A stretch of 63,014 nucleotides of DNA, filler included, from Choristocarpus tenellus KU-1152 (GCA_964200185.2; 9 parts of 9 records of this genome joined end to end with filler, not necessarily neighbours in it); one strand, 5' to 3'; positions 39,909 through 52,258 are shown, counted from the first letter of the whole stretch. A program made the numbers and translations. The notes: generated from the sequence alone by a model not told the origin.

Positions 39909-42900
39909 CTGCTGGAGTATCATTTCACGTCGAATAACATGCCATGCCTCAAAGCTGACAGATATTATTTTTGTATCCTGTCCCATCTGCTGTTGCCATT
40001 GCTCCATAGCATCTGTTGACTGCCCCAGGGAAATTTCTCCAGTTCCTGCCTGGTTCAAAGCCTGGACTTGAGGTTGAGCCAAGGCTTTACTCAAGGCCTC
40101 TACTTTTCCTATCAATTGCGGCAGGCTAGGTGCACTATGCCCTCTTTTGGTTGTTGGTTGTAAATGGTTGCTGTTCACCTCCCCTCGCAGTAGACAGAAA
40201 TTTGCGTCACTGAACCCTTCCGAGAACGTTCCACTTCGATTCTTCTTCTTTCGGGTAGATGCCTGACACAAAGTCTACAAAAAATCACCAAAAAAAGTAA
40301 GTTTGGGAGGAATATTTCAGCTTTCAATCTGAGCATGTCGGAGCAGCGGTAGTACAGAAACTAAAGAAGAGATATTGTAATCATGATCATTTATATTGTT
40401 ATATAAGTAGTTGTGGCATGTAGTTGCAGGATGAATCAGAGCACTGTACAATGATTCTGAGAAGATGACAAAGTTTGAGGCAATGTGTGTGTATATACCA
40501 CACCCAATGAACTATAGTCTCCAACCACCATAGGTTGTGCGTGGCAACATATTCATGATAGCTTGCCTCATTTGTTAGAGATGGTCAAATCCTATGGCTA
40601 AAATGAAAAGGTTCCTCGAAAAAAAATGCCATGGTTTCAAATATGGATGCCATACTGACCAAGCAACGAGTCAAAGTATCTTAGAGGGTAGAATCGTGTC
40701 CATTTGGGGTCAAAACCCAATCTTGCGATCTTAATGTAATTTTGGATATCATGTTTGTTAGGAAGTGTCAATATCCTTGTTTCGGACATATGCCTACTCC
40801 AAAAAGTATATATTTCACCTACTTTGAAATATTTTGGAGTAGAAAAATGTCATTAAAAAAAATGTGGGAACCAAGCCCCAAACAGACAAACAGGGAAAAC
40901 CCCGTACCCTCTAAGGTACTTTTACTCAATAGCTTGGGCTATAGTGGTTATGCAATAGCCCATATCTGTAGGTTACATATGTATTCAAGGTACAGGTAGC
41001 CTTGGGACCTGTCCTACTGTGCAACAATTTACATACTGCTCTTCTCTTTTTAAACTATTCAGACACTCTTGACCTTTGGAGTGGATATTCACCACATCCG
41101 TTTCTGCATTGTATAACTATATGCATATATATACGCACAAGAGATTTATAACATTGCTCTGGTCTATGAGTCACCCCACCCTCTCATACCTTCAACTTTT
41201 TATTCTCTGGGCCAAAAGGTGCCCATCGGGAGAGGACTGTTGGGGCGCAAATGCCATCTTGGGACCAACATACCTCACCCACTCTCTCCCTGCGACCATC
41301 CTTGTGGTTGGCAGCCTCCATGAATACTACATAGCCACGTTGTAAGCCAGCATCAATGATATTGTCTGTTTCTCTCTGATGAGTTCCTCCTAAAGTTGCC
41401 TCAAGAGGTGGATAGGCCAGTTCTGCCACGGCCAGCCTTCTCTCCTGGGCAGGATTTACTGCAACACCATCCCTGTAGATGAATCGGAAGTTGTCTGCAA
41501 GAGCAAGACCACCCCGGTCAAATAGCTGCCTCCGAATGGAAAGGCGAAGTACATATAGGGAGTCTGTGGGAGGGAGGAATGCCTTGGCCATCTGCCTCGA
41601 CTTGATTAAGGAAGGGGATATTTGAGAGTGGAAAGTAGGGGTTGAGTAATTGTGTTAGGTTGCGGGAAGAAGTGAATAGTTTGGGGCAGGGAGGTTGGAG
41701 GGGATAGAGGGACTGGAGGGACTGGAGTGTGGGCTGGAGTGTGGGTTGGAGAGAAAATGAGTGGCGGTGTGGATGGAACATTAATGCACGATTATACTCG
41801 ACCGATACTGCCATAGTGGTTATAATTATGCACACAAAGGTAAAGGTGCGGAAAGATCAGCTAGGATGGAGTCACAGGTAATGATATCAGGAAGATGAAA
41901 TGGATACAGTATGAGTTTCAAGACAGCAAGAGGCAGAGAGCATACTATGCAGAATCTTCCAAGATTAGAGTAAAAGTATCATAGAGGGTACGAGTTTTGC
42001 TCTGTTTGTCCATTTGGGGCTTGGCTTCCCATGGGTTGTTTTAAGATATTTTCCTACCCCAAAACGTTTAGAAGAAGTTAAAGTGTATATGTTGGGAAAA
42101 GGTGTGTCCGAAACATGGATGTTGACTCTTCCTAACAAACACGATAGCCAATATTACATCAAAATCGCAACATTGGATTTCGGTGCCAAATGGACGCGGC
42201 TCTACCCTCTAAGTTACTTTGACTCATTATCGAAGTCTTGCACCGTACTTTGACTCAAGCCACATAAAGACAATTGATACGGACATACCTTACTCCCTGC
42301 AGTACTGGGCAACTCCATCAGAAGAACAACAATATACATAGCGGGTGAATCAGTTGCCTCCTCACTTCCTCCATTACTATCTGGAAGAGTCAGAAAGGAG
42401 AACCCCGATGAATAAGACAAGGTGCTAGCACAAGGAGACCCAGCAGTGCGCGCCCTCTCACTGTTGTTTGAAGGACAGTCAGCACCATATCCTGACATTG
42501 AGGGCGGCATGATGAGTAAAGGAGGAAAGGAGATATGTGGTTATGTGGTGAGTGGTCGTGTTTTTTGGAAATGAAAGGTGTACTGAGCTTACCCAGACAT
42601 TTTGGAGCAAGAAATAGGCTCATGGACAAAGGAAGAATCGGTCTTCCTAACAAGGCATGGGTTGAGGAATCAAATTGCATGGAGGAGTCGCTGCCTCTGA
42701 AAAGTATAGGAAGTTGTATAGAATCAAGCACACTTTCATTGACAAACCACGTAACATTGGTGCCATTCAATTTGTCACTGCCTCTCGAGGATACTCCATA
42801 GTCAGATATGTACGTGGATTTGGAGTAGATGTAGACAATGTCCTGAAGTGTCATCAGAGAAAATGCCCAGCACAAACCTTGCAGGCTCAGTACCCCCGGG

Positions 42901-43375
42901 TCAGTCTTTGGACGTGTGAGCTCATCCTGGGTCATGACGAGCAGAGCATAAGAGGTGGGCAGAATTTAACGGATCGATTAAGTCATAGTACAACGCCCAG
43001 GCATGTCTTTGCCGTCTTCTCAGTAACAGATAAGTGAAGTTCGGACCAACTTCTTTGCCACAGTTGAGCCATGTTGTGGTTCATATATTCTAGTACATGA
43101 ATGATACCATGACAATAATGCTTGTTGTATACACTATGGTGTAAGGATGTGGTCGTCAGTTTCCTTAACTCAGCAACTGCACCTCCGGCATTTCCAAGGC
43201 ATTCCTTGCTGAAGGGAGTGTTCCAGGAAGTATTTCCTCTACTGTATTTGCCCTGAAAAGGCCAGTGAATTGAGTAGGGGTGCGCCTATTGTTCCCGACA
43301 AGAGCATGAGCCTTGAAATTTGTCCACGACCATGATGGGAATTTTCCAGGAGGATCTCTGTTATCTAGTGGATAC
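39909..43375 (-). CDS. Hypothetical multi-exon protein (internal part) with a ubiquitin-like/SPATA1-N-like segment; exons 43375-43183, 42842-42593, 42491-42289, 41600-41190, 40274-39909
   Basis: Five consecutive AG..GT exons join in phase without stops. The segment SLYVLRLSIRRQL..FRFIYRDGVAVNPAQERRLAV has a beta-grasp-like pattern; the domain call is tentative. Confidence 0.75.
40668..40927 (-). mobile_element. MITE family 1, copy 5 (intronic)
   Basis: Full TIRs; flanks AAC/AAT. Confidence 0.9.
41968..42225 (+). mobile_element. MITE family 1, copy 6 (intronic)
   Basis: Full TIRs; 4-bp TSD ATTA/ATTA. Confidence 0.92.
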
Positions 43376-43756
43376 CTGTGCAGTCCATAAAATGAGGACT
43401 GCGTGCACCTGGCCAGGAAAATTGCACAAAGAAGATTGGTGGGATGGTTCTTCACATGTAGGATTTGAACACTGCATTCGGTACAAAACCTTCAGAGTCT
43501 CCTTTCTGAGAACTTGATCGTTGCAATGCTACGTGACACTTCAATTACTCAAAGTATCTGGGGGAGGGGGGGGGTCTACACCAGGNNNNNNNNNNNNNNN
43601 NNNNNNNNNNNNNNNNNNNNNNNNNNNNNTTAATTAATTAANNNNNNNNNNNNNNNNNNNNNNNNNNNNNNNNNNNNNNNNNNNNGCTATTCGCGTGTAA
43701 CAAACGTTTGCACTTCGTTGAAATATAAGAAGAAATACTCGCTCTATTCGCCTGTA

Positions 43757-44400
43757 ACAGAGAGTCTTGCTACGACACTCCCTATTTTTCTGTTATGTTG
43801 AGGAGATTGTCTTTGTTATATTTTCTTAGTTCCTAGGGAGGGCAAGCCCTTCCATGGAAACACCCTATTTTTTTGTGACGATGAGACATTATCTTGGTGT
43901 TCTGTACTTGCTTGTGATTATAGTTCTGACGGGGTAGAGCTTATAGCAATACCCCCTATTTCACTACTATTGTGATTTTGTGCCTGTATTAATTTGTGTT
44001 GAGAGTTGTTAAGGGAGAGAGTCTTGCTGTGACACTACCTATTATAATTTTGCTGCAAGACGTTTGTAATAATTTATTATTTTTATATACATAGTTCCTA
44101 GGGAGGGTAAGCCTTTCCATGGCAACACCCTATCTCTTTGTGACCGTGAGACATTGTCTTGGTATGTTTTACTTGTTTGAGTTTATAGTTCCGAGCGGGA
44201 GAGCGTATGGCAGTACCCGATTTCAGTGTTACTATGATTCTGTGTATGCGTATGTGTTGAAAGTTTTGAAGGGGTGGAGTCTTTCTATGACAGCACCCTA
44301 CTATTTTGTGATTTGCTTACATGTTCATAGTCCTCGAGGAGGGAGAGCCTTTCTCTGGCAGCACCCTCTTTCTCTGTGATTGTGGGACATTATTTATGCG
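43757..44400. repeat. Higher-order satellite: ~70-95-bp monomers organised as ~260-bp trimers
   Basis: Conserved core AGTT....GGG...AG.CTT..ATG.CA.CACCCTAT at ~43757, 43828, 43922, 44003, 44093, 44187, 44262 and 44329. Monomer n resembles n+3 most closely. Confidence 0.8.
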
Positions 44401-44624
44401 TTTGTATAACCCATCTTCTACCTTGCTGCATGAATGATGTGAGTCACCACAATGTTTGCCTTGCCGTTTCCAAGTGGGGACTTTGCATTGTGAAACTCAC
44501 TGAGGGCTCTGCTTGGTGGAATTATGGATATGCCACAACAAGGGACAGGACAGTGCTTGATTAACGAAACCCGGAACTGCTGCACACAAATATTCCTGTT
44601 AGAACTAAATACTCTTGCCTTCAT

Positions 44625-44883
44625 GAGTGAAACTATCTTAGAGGGTATGAATTTTTCCCTGTTTGTCCATTTGTGGGGCTTGGCTTCCCATGGGTTTTTT
44701 TATGACATTTTCCGATTCCAAAATGTTTCAGAGTAAGTAAAATGTATTCGTTATGAAAGGTTTGTCCGAAACATAGGTATTGACACTTCCTAACAAACAC
44801 AATAGCCAAAATTTCATCAAAATCACAACATTGTATTTTACCCCCAAATGGACGCGGCTCTACCCTCTAAGATACTTTGGCTC
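44625..44883 (+). mobile_element. MITE family 1, copy 7
   Basis: Full TIRs; 4-bp TSD TCAT/TCAT. Confidence 0.93.
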
Positions 44884-45785
44884 TCATGCCCTAACCCTCA
44901 GGATCACAAATACTACTGTGCGAGCAACACATAACATTTCAAGACCTCTACCTTGCAAAAGTGAAGTTTTGATGCAGGTGCCTTGTACGTCTTTTTATTA
45001 GCATCTTACCTCATTCTTTCAATGTGAACCTTACAGGATACCAAATTTGACACTTTGTCGGTTTGTGTTGCACTTAAGCTAGAATTGATACACAAGTTCG
45101 AGGAACCGACACAGACCTATCCGGTGTGTTCCTGATAATGTACAAATTGTTTGTAGACATTGCTCACATGATCTAGATACATCACATGAGCAACATGGAT
45201 CTAGCTAGCTGTGTGGTACAATCATATCTCCCTCATAATGCCCAGATGGTTTTTTCTATTTTGATCAAAATAAAAAAAGGCAAAAAAAATCAAGAGGCAT
45301 TACAGAATGATAGGTTCGTTGATTCATATGTTGGTTTCTGGAGTAATTGCCATTACCTACTGATAGCAAATGAGGATTGCTGCGAACAATTTTTCAGCAA
45401 CTATGTGTACCTTAGGAGTTTGTTTATACATTATCACAGTGTATATAAAATTTATCACAAGCACACAACTCAATGAGTTGACTAATGTGTACACAATCTG
45501 TCCGTGTTGGCAAAAAAATGTGCAAGTGCAACTCTGATATAGGGCATTATCTCTCATTTAGTGGTTTGATGATTGATTGGTAGGAGTTGTCCCGGACTTG
45601 AGCTATCAAATGTGAGTCAATCAAGCCTGGGTTATCCATTGAGTTCTATCTCACCTCAAGTCCTCCATACTACCATGTCCTCATTTTTCATTGCAGCTCA
45701 GCAATGAAGGCAAGTTCACAAGTGCACCTATGTTTTTAAACCCACGTTGATGGGTAGAAATTCGAGCCACTCCCGCTGATTCATG

Positions 45786-46043
45786 GAGTCAAAGTATCTT
45801 AGAGGGTATAGTCGCGTCCATTTGGGGACCAAAATCCAATGTTACAATTTTGATGTAATTTTGGCTATCATGGTTGTTAGGAGATGTCAATATCCTTGTT
45901 CTGGACACATCTTTGCATAACGTAGGCATTTTACCTACTCCAAAACATTTTGGAGTAGGTAACTGTCATTAAAAACCCGTGGGAAACCAAGGCCCAAATG
46001 GACAAAGAGGGAAAAACTCGTACCCTCTAAGATACTTTCACTC
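45786..46043 (-). mobile_element. MITE family 1, copy 8
   Basis: Full TIRs; 3-bp TSD ATG/ATG. Confidence 0.93.
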
Positions 46044-46376
46044 ATGCAGTGGCGACCAAGCCAATATCATGACCTTTCGCATTCTGAGCCATCTTTCTTA
46101 CCCTTTGCAATACACACCATTTCGTTGCTTTGTGTATACAATAGTTAACGAATAATTGACAGTTCCTCTTTCCACCTCAAAAATTACACCACAAATTAGC
46201 AAAGTCTCATTTTTGCACTGCTACAAAATGATACTTATTTGCCCTTTCTCGGGATCTTCAAAATGCAACCCTGCCTACCTCTCACTTGATTTAACTCTCT
46301 GAGCTTCAAGTCTCACTCAATGAGCTCAATCTAAGCGGGAGTTACAACAATCATGGGAGTTCCATCGCTCGTTTTA

Positions 46377-46942
46377 TTATGTAGCATTCCTTTTTGGGAT
46401 CCGAAGATGTGGTTCTATGATGATCTTCGTTGTTTTCAAGCATTTCAGCAGTTTTTTCCAACTTTTGGTGATGAGACCCCACTCACACCTATATGGCGAA
46501 TCCCGAAATAAGCTCTTGACCACTCTAACAGTCCCTGCCAGGCCGATCTTACCTTCTCTGAAGACCCCCCTTGCTACAGATTCGAGCCATCTTTTCGATT
46601 AGTTGGTAGTTTTCGCGCTGGATAGCAATCGCTTTCTCCTGATCTTGAATGGTCCGTACGGGTCGGTTCAAATTTACCCCCCGCTGAAGTGGAGCACAAT
46701 CCTTCAGAGCTCGATTTGCATGTGAATGGCATCCAACGGCGGCCATCTGGAGCATGGTAGAGCGATTGCCATCGGATTCCTTGACTGATAGAGTGGCATT
46801 GTTGCTGGTAATCTATATGTCGTAGTTTTTCCAGGTAAGTTGACTGACTGACACGGTCCTCTACCTTCTTTCTGTGGCTCCCCTGGAAACGGTCGACCTC
46901 CCATTGAAAGCACAGTCGGTTTCCTCGTCTCGAGGTCAGCAT
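46377..46942 (-). CDS. CFAP97/KIAA1430-like (flagellar) small protein; exons 46942-46865, 46746-46553 and possibly ~46488-46377
   Basis: The spliced product MLTSRRGNRLCFQWEVDRFQGSHRKK|MAAV...KAIAIQRENYQLIEKMARI shows the N..W..HR.K and I.REN..L..KM..I patterns of CFAP97D-type proteins. Confidence 0.6.
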
Positions 46943-48279
46943 GGCTCGTTGGGGGTGACTATATCTATATATGAATCTGGAGTAAAATGTACTCGGAGAT
47001 TAGCACCCTCCTTTTTTAGTCATCAAAGACAAGTCGCCGACTATGATCCCGGAATGTACAAAGATCACATAAAAAAGTTTAATGATACAAAATAACCTTC
47101 GGTTACAGAAAAGAGGCAGATTCTCTCCCCATTAAAAAGTAAAAAAAAGTCCATTCCAAGGTGTGAGAGTTTATGAAGTAAACTGAGTTTTGTGGGCGGG
47201 AGAATTCTGGTTGGCTGGGGGGGCACAGGACAAGAATGTGGGGATAGAAAAGAAAGAAAGAAGAAGAGAATGAATAGTTAAGGAACGAGATAGTTAATGA
47301 AATTGAGTGGTAGGCAGAAACAAAGGATAGCAGTCAGGAAAATAAGGGGTACGAGATAAGGAGGGGAGGATAAGGCAACCTCCGAGCAAGCTTCTCGCCG
47401 GAGTGGATCAAGACATAATCTGAACAATCTTTCCGAAAGCTGGAAGGGAGAAAGGTCCGAGGGAAGGGGCGGGGATGCTTGAGAAACGGATATGGGAATG
47501 GTAAGAGAAGGTCGACAAGGTAAGGGGGCTGATGAGTGAGACGATGAACAACAGTGTGGATAGGTGTAGGGTAGGTAGGGAATACGGGTAGTGAAGTAGG
47601 TAGAGTCAGATATAATACAAGGGGTATCGAAAAATAAATACATAGGAGAAGAAAAGTACGAAATATAGAACTCGACGTAATGGTGGGGTGAAACAAGGGA
47701 AAGGGTTGAGGGCCACGCTAGAGCAAAAAGACAAGAGGGTGACGAAACGTAGGAGTAGAGTGTGCCGGTTATGCCACAAACATGGTTAGCCCATGGAGAC
47801 CACGATAAAAAGGGGAAAGTTATGGTTCGGGGACGGAGTAGCGTACCTGCAGTAATCTCGTGGATTAAGTGCATTTTAGATATCGCTCGAACGATAGGGC
47901 TAGGACGGATGTTAGGTCTATATCGATCGGTGGGATTGCGTGGATTTGTTTTGTCCGCTGCTTGCATCGGTTAACCTAATCNNNNNNNNNNNNNNNNNNN
48001 NNNNNNNNNNNNNNNNNNNNNNNNNTTAATTAATTAANNNNNNNNNNNNNNNNNNNNNNNNNNNNNNNNNNNNNNNNNNNNTGGTGTAGACCCCCCCCCC
48101 CCTCCCAGATACTTTGTGTCTCATGAGTTTTTGAACCTCTTCTTGAGTGATCGTACCTTGTCAGGTCCTACAATTAACAATTCAGGCATTCATATGCACG
48201 GACCAACTGTTGAGCAGCACATAGGGAGTGGGGGGTGTTTGCTGCCACTCTGACCAGGTGTGGTCCTAAGTATTCTCAC

Positions 48280-50825
48280 CGCATTGGCATACATATGCAC
48301 TACATAAGCAAAGCTTGAGACAGACTTGGCCGCCGCCTGTAGCACTTTGCTGGCATTGGGAAGCAACTCTGGCACGGACTTAAGTACCCCCCTGTCATGA
48401 AAAATGTAAACAGAGGACTGGCTATGAATTGGGAGCAATTATTTGTGTACTTTTTTTGTGCTTGTTAATTTTGCAGTGGTTTTGCAGTACAGCAACTGAA
48501 GTCACTTGGCAGCGTCTTAGTCCAATGTATCTAGTGCAAAACTGTTTCATGTGCTTGAAGTATCTCTCACCTCAAATTACGTGCACCCGGCAGCCATAAT
48601 ATTCATCTTCAGAGTGAAAGTATTTAATAGGCTATGAGTTTTGACCTGTTTGTCCGTTTGGGGCTTGGCTTCCCACGTGTTTTTTTATGACATTTTCCTA
48701 CTCCGAAATGTTTCAGAGTAAGTGACTTGTATACGTTATGAAAAGGTGTGCGTGGAACAAAGATATTGACACATCCTAACAAACACAATAGCCAAAATTA
48801 CATCAAAATCACAACGTTGGGTTTTGGTCCCCGAATGGAGACGGCGCTACCCTCTACTAAGATGCTTTCGCTCTGACCTTGCGCTACATAACTATGGTGT
48901 TGTGGCTCTGGGGTGTGCCAGAGGTTCGAGAAGAGAAAGAAGAACAAAAATTATTGAGTTTTGGCACAGCTACTGCTACCGATTAGAGTCAAAGTATCTT
49001 AGAGGGTAGAGCCGTGTCCGTTTAAGGACCGAAATCCAATGTTGCGATTTTGATGTAATTTTGGCTATCGTGTTTGTTAGGAAGTGTCAATATCCTTGTT
49101 CTGGATGCACCTTTTCATAGTGTATATATTTTACCTACTCTGAAACGTTTCGGAGTAGGAAAGTGTCAAAAACCCCCGAGGGAAGTCAAGCCCCAAACGG
49201 ATAAACAGGGTAAAACTCGTACCCTCTAAGATACTTTCGCTCATAGCAATGCGTTACCTCTACAATCGAGTAGAATGAATCCAGAGAGAGGGGAGAGACA
49301 CTCCTAGCGAGTTGAGTGAGTTCATTTCTAGGGTTTAACCTTAGTGCTGTTATGTTGCTTTCGATGTGTATATATCAACATTTGAATTATTGTTTTTATC
49401 TAGAAGGAGGGTATGAAGTGGGGGGTGAAAGCGTGTTCCAAGGAATGGCTAAGTTATTTGAGGTTACTGTTGTGAGGTTATTGTTTCTACCTGTTAAAAA
49501 TATTGTCAGCAAGGTCGTCATCAAATGCCCCCCTTTCGTTTGTCCAGAAGGCATTGAGGTCCATGAAACTGTTATCCATAGCTCCTAACTCAGCCCGCAC
49601 GAGAGTTCGTTCAAAATATACGGAAAGAGCTTCTCCTGAATCCTCCCCAAAGGGTTGCATGAGAGACAAAATATGATATAAAGAGTAGGTGAAGAGGATT
49701 TACGATGCTATCCCAAATGCAAAGAGAATGGTCCGACTGGCCGTGTTTCTAATGAGTATCTTTGAAGGAACATAACAAATGAAAGATATGAACATGCAAT
49801 CTTGCTTTTTGTGAATGTGTGACTTATAGACCTTCACAAAATGGGAATGAATGTGATGTCGTACTTCCTTTCTACTCGAGCAGAAGCCAGCTACAGCAAC
49901 GAAGCAACACAAGGTACAATTGTAACGGTTCTCAAATTTCTTAGTGTACATCTTCTACTTACCAGGGTTGGCGTCTCCATCACTTAGACTGTTAACTGCT
50001 GGCTTGCCCAAGGCGAATATCCGGGAGTAGTAACGACCCAGATCCCACAGGTCATCTACTCTAGAAAAGGAGACCGTTTCAAATGCCCCGTTTAAGCTCA
50101 GCTCCACTGTAAGAGCTGGGACTTTCCCTCCATGCTCGGTTGGGAGCGTGGGGCTCAAGCTGGAGTGGAACCATGACTGGAGGGTACTTTCTTGCTCTGA
50201 CTCCGAAGGGGGAAGAGTTATATGCTCTCCTTGACCACTTTTTTGTTCGGTCGCGTACGTCGCCACCTTGTTTAATCATTAATACCGATGTGAAATCATT
50301 GAGCGATCAGAGGAAGTTTTATCTGGACGTAGTCCTGCTTCAAGCGAGTACGACCCCTCTTAGATTTACCTCAATCCCTCAAGTAAAAATTCTTGGCATA
50401 TGAGGCTAAGGAAGAAATTGTGACTCGGGATTAGCTAGGCTGAGTGAAAGGATAAATATGTCACAGACCTGGTGATAGCCAGGGCGAACGAGATTTATCT
50501 CAACACCCAGAACCATTGCGTCGGGTTTGCCGCAGTATATCCAATCCCCAGAAAATTGGAAGCAGTATACGCAACGTTCTTCGCCTAGCTCGTCTCCCTT
50601 TGCTCCTCCTGCTTCCTTGTCCAAGCTCTCAAAATTTATTTTACCCCACTGCTCACCGTCCTCTACCACTTCTGACCGACGTTCCAGCTTCAGCAGCAGA
50701 TTCCTACCTACAGTGGTCCCGTTAGCTGGATGTGTGAGAACAACACGATGTTCATGGCAGCTGGCGGAAGCAAGATATACCAACCAGTGCAACATGACCA
50801 GACACTCGAAAATATGGCGTCCCAT
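48280..50825 (-). CDS. Putative secreted protein of unknown function, 3'-truncated; exons 50825-50469, 50266-49963, 49635-49491, 48391-48280
   Basis: Signal-peptide-like MGRHIFECLVMLHWLVYLASASC, followed by VVLTHPANG; four exons join in phase. Confidence 0.7.
48612..48873 (+). mobile_element. MITE family 1, copy 9 (intronic, more diverged)
   Basis: Recognisable TIRs; flanks TCA/TGA. Confidence 0.88.
48986..49242 (-). mobile_element. MITE family 1, copy 10 (intronic)
   Basis: Full TIRs; flanks TTA/ATA. Confidence 0.9.
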
Positions 50826-51037
50826 TACTGCTACCTTTGGTTTATTTGGTATCGAGACAATCCTATAATCCTATAATCCTATAATGATATCTTATGGATA
50901 TGGAATATTCTTTGATCTTGTCTAAACAAATGCCTCCGCAGAGGTAAAACCCGTTTCAAACAAGAAACAACGCTTGTCAGTCAATACAACAAAAATAGCA
51001 GTACTACTGATTGACAGCAGAGGGCATTTTTTGGAGT

Positions 51038-52258
51038 ATGAGAATCCCAACGCTCTATCGCTATGTCTACCATGATCTCTCCAGGATCATGGCACGATCC
51101 TCAGAGCCCTTTCTACGGACCCAGGGCAGGTGCTTTCCTTTCTCCACAAATTCTACGGAATGGAAGGACCAAGGCGACTTGACGTTTGTGTTGTCCCAAG
51201 TGGCCGATGGAAAGCTAGACCCATCATCTGCAGCCGCTCAATTGGAGCCCCTTCTTGTTTCTGGCGGTGCTGGAGCTGAAGGTGTGGGAAATTTTGCAAG
51301 AATTGACCACGATCGGAACCGACGAACAGGATTTCCAGAGGTCGTGTTTGGAGAAGGCAAGAGCACAGAACAACTCATTCGCATCCTGGAATCTATGATA
51401 CGAAACAGAGAACAAGATTGGAGCGAAGAAGGTGGCGTTAATGCGGCATCCCGATATCGTCCGCCTCCTATTGTGGCGACAAGGGTGTCACCAGATAAAT
51501 GGTCTGGTATTAGCAAGTGTTTGTCAGGTCTGTTGTACCATCCAGAAGCTCGCATCGTGGTGTACGAGGGAAAACGTGAAGGCGTTACAAGGACGGGTCG
51601 AAAGCTACCAAACGTCGAGAGTATTGGAAAGATTGCTGTCCTTAGCGCAGGAACTTCAGACCTGGATGTGGCTGAAGAGGCAGCTTTGCTTGCTGAGGTG
51701 GCAGGAGCAGAGGTAAGGGTAGCATTAAGTTCTACAGTACACACAGCACATGTTTTCCTCAACCGGAGGTGATTCAACATCATCTTCTCGTTTCATCCCC
51801 TTTAGTTGTCCTTGCACCAAATGCTGGTACCCCTACCCAACTCTACTCCCTCCACACCGTCTAAGCAAACGTACAATCCCTCCATATATATGTGTATGTA
51901 TTATCCTGATGGGCACTTTGGAAAATGGTGAATACAGGTGTTGAGATTCCATGATGTTGGGGTTGCCGGTTTGCATCGACTACTCCGCATCATTCCTGAG
52001 GTCAAGAAGGTAGGGGTTGTGGTGTGTGTTGCGGGCATGGATGGGGCATTGCCTGGGGTGGTAGCAGGGCTTGTTCGTTGCCCAGTAGTAGCGGTACCAA
52101 CCAGTGTTGGGTACGGGGCAGCAATGGGAGGGATAGGCCCTCTGTTGACCATGCTGAATGCATGTGCTCCAGGAGTGGCTGTAGTTAACATTGACAATGG
52201 GTTTGGGGCTGCAGCATTTGCTGTCAAGACACTCAATGGGGCAGGGGTGGGGGACTAA
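51038..52258 (+). CDS. larB: LarB, pyridinium-3,5-biscarboxylic acid mononucleotide synthase (nickel-pincer cofactor biosynthesis; CpmA-like); exons 51038-51712 and 51938-52258, ~331 aa
   Basis: Motifs [98 protein letters not shown]. One phase-0 GT..AG intron. Confidence 0.95.

Noticed and set aside
43757-44400. CRISPR array
   Set aside because: The cores are degenerate, the spacers repeat with period three, no cas genes are present and the context is eukaryotic.
47278-47967. 229-aa minus-strand ORF
   Set aside because: Low-complexity CT-rich sequence with no recognisable motif or splice structure.
49491-49635. SAM-methyltransferase N-terminus (FW..AFDDDLA)
   Set aside because: The next in-phase exon has no DxGxG motif.
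51038-52258. purE (AIR carboxylase) or a bacterial contaminant
   Set aside because: It has the LarB-specific N-terminal DxxRxxRTGFPEV motif and the PTSVGYG motif, and it contains a spliceosomal intron.
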